A stretch of DNA of 64,000 bases from Oligoflexia bacterium (GTDB lineage: Bacteria; Bdellovibrionota; UBA1018), in contig CAIUGE010000116.1 in NCBI GenBank assembly GCA_903898645.1, forward strand, positions 2,965-66,964, given 5' to 3'. Shown in pieces: positions 58,935-64,000 of the stretch. Below the pieces are notes generated by a model that worked only from the letters and a program-made list of their open reading frames with translations, did no database searches and was not told where the DNA came from. The number at the start of each line of letters is the position of its first letter. The first letter of the stretch is position 1. Made by a program: the position numbers and the translations under genes.

Positions 58935-59534
58935 TTGACTTTTCATGGAAAAATCATTACTTTCGTGCCCCTCATGTCAAAACAAAAAACCATTGCCCGC
59001 GCAATGACACGTATCCTTTCCGAGGTCGGAGAAGACATCTCACGTCCTGGCCTTCAAGACACACCCAAGCGTTTTGCCAAGTCATTCTCCCACCTTCTCT
59101 CAGGTAGTGACCACATTGACCTTGACCCAAAAAGCCTCTTTGCCCACTCTACCCAAGAGCTCATCGTTATCAAAGATATCGAGTTCTACTCCCTCTGCGA
59201 GCACCACGTCCTCCCCTTCTTTGGCAAAGCCCACATTGCCTACATCCCCAATGGCAAAATCATCGGCCTTTCCAAAGTCCCCCGCATCATCGATACCCTC
59301 TCAAAACGTCTCAATGTCCAAGAATCACTCACTGCCAAGATCTGCTCAGAACTCGACAGGATCTTAAAACCTAACGGTATCTTAGTCATCCTTGAAGCAT
59401 CACACCTCTGCATGATGATGCGTGGCGTCCGAAAACAGCACTCAGTCACCCTCACTCAAGCCGTACGCGGAGTACTCGAGCATCCCGACACAAAGCAAGA
59501 CGCAATGCGCCTGATACAAGGCTCATTAGTATGA
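58935..59534 (+). CDS. folE: GTP cyclohydrolase I
   Basis: LCEHHVLPFFGKAHIAYIP and the LTAKI...HLCMMMRGV motifs are present. The protein is about 190 aa. Confidence 0.9.
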   Translation: MTFHGKIITFVPLMSKQKTIARAMTRILSEVGEDISRPGLQDTPKRFAKSFSHLLSGSDHIDLDPKSLFAHSTQELIVIKDIEFYSLCEHHVLPFFGKAHIAYIPNGKIIGLSKVPRIIDTLSKRLNVQESLTAKICSELDRILKPNGILVILEASHLCMMMRGVRKQHSVTLTQAVRGVLEHPDTKQDAMRLIQGSLV

Positions 59535-59689
59535 TAAGACGTATTATCATTATGCGTGCTCGATTTTTCTTCGAATGCATTGCTTCCAACACACATAGCT
59601 AGCAAGATATCTTTACCGCACTCAGCGCAGCAGAAACTTTTCCTAGCTGACCAGCTGGATCGCAGTCTCCAATAACGCTCGCGCTCTTA

Positions 59690-59910
59690 TCCAAACGAAG
59701 ATCAAAAGCGATATCGTTAATCGAGTCATGTTATTACAATGTACCTATAATAATTATAATAACAGTCTTTTAGTTGATACTTTTCTCTCGCACTACTGCA
59801 TCAGAGCAATGCAAAGTAATTTCTCTACGAAATAATATCTTTTATTTTGATATCTGTTGCCAAAAAAACACGTGCCCTCATGTGAATCAATTGACCCAGG
59901 CTAGCAAAAA
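59690..59910 (+). repeat. copy 1 of a ~200-bp promoter-like repeat (repeat A)
   Basis: ...CAAAGTAATTTCTCTACGAAATAATATC...CAATTGACCCAGGCTAGCAAAAATGGCACACATAGCACTA... is similar to 62690-62900. Confidence 0.7.
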
Positions 59911-60829
59911 TGGCACACATAGCACTACACTGATGCATCAAAATATTTAACAGCAAATACTATCACGCTCAATAGACAGATATCTTAAAACCAAAGGTTA
60001 TGCACAAAAAAGTCTGAAGAGCCGAATTTTCAATCTTCATGATGGACCCCCTGTGATTATCTCATCGCACAAAACGTCCTCATGAGTGCCTGGAAAAGTC
60101 TACGAACAAGGAGCATAGCACTACGCGCAATATCCTTGTCAGATCAGCATCTTCAACTTTCCTAGAACTACTGTAGGCACTCCAGTCTCATCTTTCACAA
60201 AAGAACATGCATTACCTAGATAGACACACCCCCTCATCCAGCCACACATAGCTCCTTGCGGACAGATTTCTCTTGCAGACTTTTAGCAATACGGGGCGCC
60301 GATCATCTAAGGACCTCTAAAATGAAAGGCTTTCTTATTCATGCCCAGCTGACTGTCTTTATAAGACAGGACCTTCCGTCCTGCATCATGCGGTCTTCCA
60401 AGATTTAAATTACTACATCGCAACATGAAACGTTTTTTGTACTCGCTTGACACACAAATAAGCAACCCAATTTCTTTATTGCAACGGCTTCACTCAAGAG
60501 ACAACCACTCACCCACGATGCGATGCATTAATGCTCTATAAGGTATTTTTATTGTCAAAACGGTTGTGGACCGTTTCGCTAAACTTGCAGCATAAGCAAG
60601 CATTATTTCTACAACTTTGCCTCGTATCAAGAAAACTATGAATACTACTATGACTAAAAGCGTTATTTTTCCCTTTTAGCTTAACACCAAAAGTGTCGAT
60701 ATTACAGAAAGCGCACATGTGTCGCTTGCGATGAAGGCAGATGATCGCCGACCTGAAGGGCGCTAGAAAAACAGCCTATGTGTGTTGTAAGTTTTTTAAA
60801 ATTCACACAGGCTTACAGAAGGATGATAT

Positions 60830-62332
60830 ATGGTCCGTATTCAAAGTATATTTATATTTTTATTAATTTCAGTAACGATTACAAAAAATGTCTTAGCTGC
60901 GACCTATGACGAGTCGCTCAGAGAGCTGTATGCTCATATTGCATTTTTAAGCACTATACAAGGAAATCTCACCAAGGTCAGCCAAAGTACCAAGCTATTT
61001 GAAACTATTACTAATAAAATTAAAGATGCCACTCGTGCTGCTAAGCAGGCTGAGGCTGCTAATATTTCCCATCATACTACTTATTTAGTTTTCCCAGCAT
61101 ATATTGAATCGGCTCTTCGTGATGCACGAACGCTGAAATCGAATATTCTTAATAGTAATAGTAACACTCAGCTCATTACTCTTGCTACAGAGGCTTACAA
61201 TTCCGCTATGTATAACATCGAGACTAATTCTGCACAAATCAACAACACAAGTGCTGCTGAAGCCACTAAGCAAGCTCGCAGGTTACACCTTGCACTCCCC
61301 ACCACTATCAAGGGCCCGCAGATTCCTCCGCCTCCTCCGCCTAGTGCCGCATCAGCAGTATCTCTCCCTCAGCTTCCTAATCGCCCTCCTGATGGCCAGA
61401 GAACCTCTCACCGTGATCATACTTCGATGGCACATCCCTCCGAACCCTTTCAAAACATTTTACCATCAGCTCATTATCTTACTAGCCAACGCTACGCGCA
61501 GAAGGATCTTCCGAAACCAGGCAAAGAGAACCTGCCGGAACAACTAGGGTCCGCACTGAGGACTCCTCATATTTACCCTCCCTTGACGCCCCCTCCTCCC
61601 ATCAGTCCTAATGCCACAATACTTACTCCCCTTAGTCATGTTCCTCTGCCCCCCCCTAACAAATCCAGGTTTGCTGACACAACTTCTAACACCCACTCCC
61701 TCCTACCTCCGCTCACACTGAGGCCTGCCCCTCTGCCTCTCGATACTGCCACCAATCCCCAAACGTCAACAAAGCCACCGAGTCTCTTCTGGCCGCCATC
61801 AAAGCCATTGCTCACCCTTTCCCGTCCTCCCTACAGTGCAGTCATTCCACCCGCCGCATCTGATCCTAGCAAAACCACTGCGCAAATTCCGATACAACAT
61901 AATAACCCATCGCCCATCCTTGACCCAACTGACAAAAAAACAGCAGCTCCTCAGCCAGTAATTCCCGTTACCGACGATATTTTTCACCCTATTACTGGCA
62001 GCAGTGATCCTGCTGCTGGCGCATCGCATCACGAATCTCATAATCCCCTCTCTGGCTCTATCGTTCATCTACAAGCACGACAGGTGCCTGCTTCCAGCAC
62101 TACCGACAGCCCTCCTGCCAGCACTGCTACTGTTGTTGCACCACCTCATAATCCACAACCCCCTGAACACGATTCAAACAAGAGCAGCCCTCGGCCCAAA
62201 CAACAGCCAGAGATTCAAAATGATGCACATCAAATTCAGATTAAAACAAGGTGCTCTCCATTTGCCACACTCTTAAATAAATTCACAAGGATACTTTGCT
62301 GCTGCGTTTTTCCCCGTACCCCACCTCCATAA
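60830..62332 (+). CDS. secreted proline-rich protein (500 aa) with a C-terminal Cys cluster
   Basis: Signal peptide MVRIQSIFIFLLISVTITKNVLA. A helical N-terminal ~150 aa is followed by PQIPPPPPPSAAS and about 300 aa of P/S/T-rich low complexity. It ends ...ILCCCVFPRTPPP. Confidence 0.6.
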   Translation: MVRIQSIFIFLLISVTITKNVLAATYDESLRELYAHIAFLSTIQGNLTKVSQSTKLFETITNKIKDATRAAKQAEAANISHHTTYLVFPAYIESALRDARTLKSNILNSNSNTQLITLATEAYNSAMYNIETNSAQINNTSAAEATKQARRLHLALPTTIKGPQIPPPPPPSAASAVSLPQLPNRPPDGQRTSHRDHTSMAHPSEPFQNILPSAHYLTSQRYAQKDLPKPGKENLPEQLGSALRTPHIYPPLTPPPPISPNATILTPLSHVPLPPPNKSRFADTTSNTHSLLPPLTLRPAPLPLDTATNPQTSTKPPSLFWPPSKPLLTLSRPPYSAVIPPAASDPSKTTAQIPIQHNNPSPILDPTDKKTAAPQPVIPVTDDIFHPITGSSDPAAGASHHESHNPLSGSIVHLQARQVPASSTTDSPPASTATVVAPPHNPQPPEHDSNKSSPRPKQQPEIQNDAHQIQIKTRCSPFATLLNKFTRILCCCVFPRTPPP

Positions 62333-62339
62333 ACTATTG

Positions 62340-62500
62340 AAGTAATATACTCCATGACCCTTCGTACTGGTCATAATCGATTCCACATACCTTCAGCGGC
62401 ACCAAGGCAAGCAGCTTAAATCAGTTGAGCATATTGGCAGCAAACCCAGAGGGGCGTCCCCCATCTTTTCGCAGCTACCCAAAAAGAAACCACGCTCTGT
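62340..62500 (-). pseudogene. degraded duplicate of the lipB 3' end
   Basis: GTCATAATCGAT...TTTTCGCAGCTACCCAAAAAGAAACCACGCTCTGTTTG parallels 63725-63880 (GTCATAATCGAT...TTTTTTCGCAGCTATCCCAAGGGACGCTATCTTCTGTTC), which encodes ...KIASLGIAAKKWVTFHGIAINMV. Confidence 0.55.
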
Positions 62501-62689
62501 TTGTCTGAAAAAAATATCACGCATGTCATGGAAATGATACGTTTTGATGAAAAGTAACTACGTCATCAGGTGTTTGTTGATTATTCTTTTATTGCAAAAA
62601 CTCTTTCTGCATTATCACTAACTGAATCACCCAGCTAGTAGCGCTCACTTTCTCATTACTCATCAAAACGAACATCAAGATACAGGAGC

Positions 62690-62900
62690 GCTCATTCAAA
62701 CTATGACCATTACTTTATACTTATAATAATGATCATGACTTTTTTTAATTACTTTTTTTCTTATGCAGCCAAACCGGGTCGACTACAAAGTAACTTTTCT
62801 GCGAAAATATATTTTTTTTGGTATCTGCTACCAAAAAGACGCATGTCCTAATGGACACAATTGACACAGGCTAGAAAAATATTATGTATTTTTATTATGA
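62690..62900 (+). repeat. copy 2 of repeat A, with TTGACA(-35)-like and TATGTA/TATTAT(-10)-like boxes upstream of the 62919 ORF
   Basis: ...CAAAGTAACTTTTCTGCGAAAATATATT...CAATTGACACAGGCTAGAAAAATATTATGTA...ATAGCACTA... Confidence 0.7.
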
Positions 62901-62918
62901 ATATATATAGCACTAATA

Positions 62919-63158
62919 ATGACACTTGCGAATGCTGATGATGGTGCACAAAAAATAATGGACGCACGTTCAGTCGGTGCTTTAACGCTTCCGTACATAG
63001 TAAAAACACTAAAAGACTATCCAGAAACTATATCCTCATTAAAAGAAAGCGAATCAGAACGTTCAAAAAAACACCAAACACACGCGAGAGATGAATATAT
63101 CTTTTCTCTAAAAATGATAGGCAAAATTCTTAAAGTTGATACAAATAAGAATAATTAG
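62919..63158 (+). CDS. hypothetical small protein (79 aa) downstream of repeat A copy 2
   Basis: ORF only. It is AT-rich. Confidence 0.3.
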   Translation: MTLANADDGAQKIMDARSVGALTLPYIVKTLKDYPETISSLKESESERSKKHQTHARDEYIFSLKMIGKILKVDTNKNN

Positions 63159-63647
63159 GCAGAAATACTCAAGAAATATGCTGATCAAAATTGGAATAAT
63201 GAAGATCCAATAATTCTCAAGATGCTTTCTACATACATGCCTATCGAGGACATAGGGGGCGGAAGGTAACCAAAAGAGACGAGCAGCAGTAATTGCACGC
63301 GAACGAATAGCTGAAATTGTAGATGTGTACGGAAATTCACAAGAAAAGCAAGATGCGCAAACAGATCTAGGACTCCTGCATAAGCCTGAGATATTTACAA
63401 GGACACACACCGTATATTATTTTGATAAGCAACGCGAAGCGACTGGCTAGGTGTTTCGTATACCACAATTTAAATTAAACATTATAAATTAAACATTACT
63501 GACGAACTCATTGAACGATACAGACAACAGTATCTGAGTCAACCTAAACCTGAACCTGAAAAAACGTGTCCTCAAGTTTCACACAACAGTCTTTTTGGAA
63601 AGCTCTGGAACTGCTTCTTCCCAAAGAATCAAGTGCACCCATAAGCA

Positions 63648-64000
63648 CTACCCAAGCTCATTCTGTAAAGAATCCAAGCATACCAATTCAAACTCACGGC
63701 GCCAATCCTGAGGCAATACTGCATGGTCCTTCGCCCGGGTCATAATCGATGCTGAATATCCACAGGGCGATGCCAACGAAAATGGCTCAAGTCCGTTCAC
63801 CATGTTGATCGCAATCCCATGGAAGGTTACCCATTTTTTCGCAGCTATCCCAAGGGACGCTATCTTCTGTTCACCTACCCAAACACCGCTAGCGCCATCA
63901 CGACGATGCGCTTTAATCCCAAAATGATCCAGCCCTGCGATAACAGAGTATTCTAATCCGCGTAGGATATGCGCAAGATCATGCCTGCCACCACCCTGCG
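63648..64000 (-). CDS. lipB: lipoyl(octanoyl) transferase, 3' part; the gene runs off the window end
   Basis: Minus-strand translation gives ...DLAHILRGLEYSVIAGLDHFGIKAHRRDGASGVWVGEQKIASLGIAAKKWVTFHGIAINMVNGLEPFSLASPCGY..., matching LipB core motifs. The stop is at 63648. Confidence 0.75.
   Translation of the reverse strand, partial: QGGGRHDLAHILRGLEYSVIAGLDHFGIKAHRRDGASGVWVGEQKIASLGIAAKKWVTFHGIAINMVNGLEPFSLASPCGYSASIMTRAKDHAVLPQDWRREFELVCLDSLQNELG

Noticed and set aside
1-64000. tRNA, rRNA, tmRNA and riboswitch scan by eye
   Set aside because: No T-loop GTTCRANYC-type cloverleaf candidates or rRNA-like conserved blocks were recognised in intergenic regions. Absence is provisional without a covariance-model scan.

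Overview
This 64 kb window of bacterial chromosome is dense in genes and has no rRNA genes, tRNA genes or CRISPR arrays that I can see by eye. GC content is roughly 45-50%, and 59.5-63.6 kb is a markedly AT-rich island.

The housekeeping backbone comprises:
- aconitase (5' partial)
- a LOG-family protein
- a BI-1/YccA membrane protein
- an acyl-CoA dehydrogenase
- a polyprenyl diphosphate synthase
- class Ia ribonucleotide reductase nrdA and nrdB, with an RBS in the 12-nt overlap
- a TolC-like outer-membrane channel plus an RND pump
- BipA/TypA
- a CpaF-like ATPase
- a PIN-PhoH (PhoH2) protein
- coaD and rsmD
- argS
- sdhA and sdhB
- an Mrp/ApbC ATPase
- folE
- a ferredoxin
- an Nfu-type Fe-S scaffold
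- a TonB-like protein
- an HD-GYP protein
- a lipB 3' end running off the window edge

Interleaved with this backbone is a conspicuous set of accessory genes that look host-interaction related:
- a 699-aa eukaryotic-like F-box / RNI-type leucine-rich-repeat protein carrying a recent 252-bp internal tandem duplication
- a second, frameshifted copy of the same family lying inside a ~2.3 kb segment bounded by ~120-bp inverted repeats derived from the 3' end of the neighbouring aminopeptidase gene
- a signal-peptide-bearing eukaryotic-like protein-kinase-fold protein (HNDLKPSN and DFG motifs)
- a secreted proline-rich protein (with a PPPPPP tract) in the AT-rich island
- a secreted glycine-rich protein of ALK/LTK Gly-rich type that shares a 25-aa N-terminal motif with a phage-tail-fibre-like secreted protein (LPGGLLLQWG...FPIAF C-terminal domain)
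- an ArnT/PMT-like GT39 glycosyltransferase split by a frameshift exactly at a T8 homopolymer

The AT-rich island next to lipB carries a displaced, degraded copy of the lipB 3' end and a ~200-bp duplicated promoter-like repeat, which suggests two tandem insertions at the 3' end of lipB. Taken together, the gene content (F-box/LRR, ePK-like kinase, proline-rich secreted proteins) is typical of amoeba- or host-associated intracellular bacteria. I cannot assign a taxon from sequence alone.

All functional calls rest on motif recognition in the supplied translations. No database search was run.
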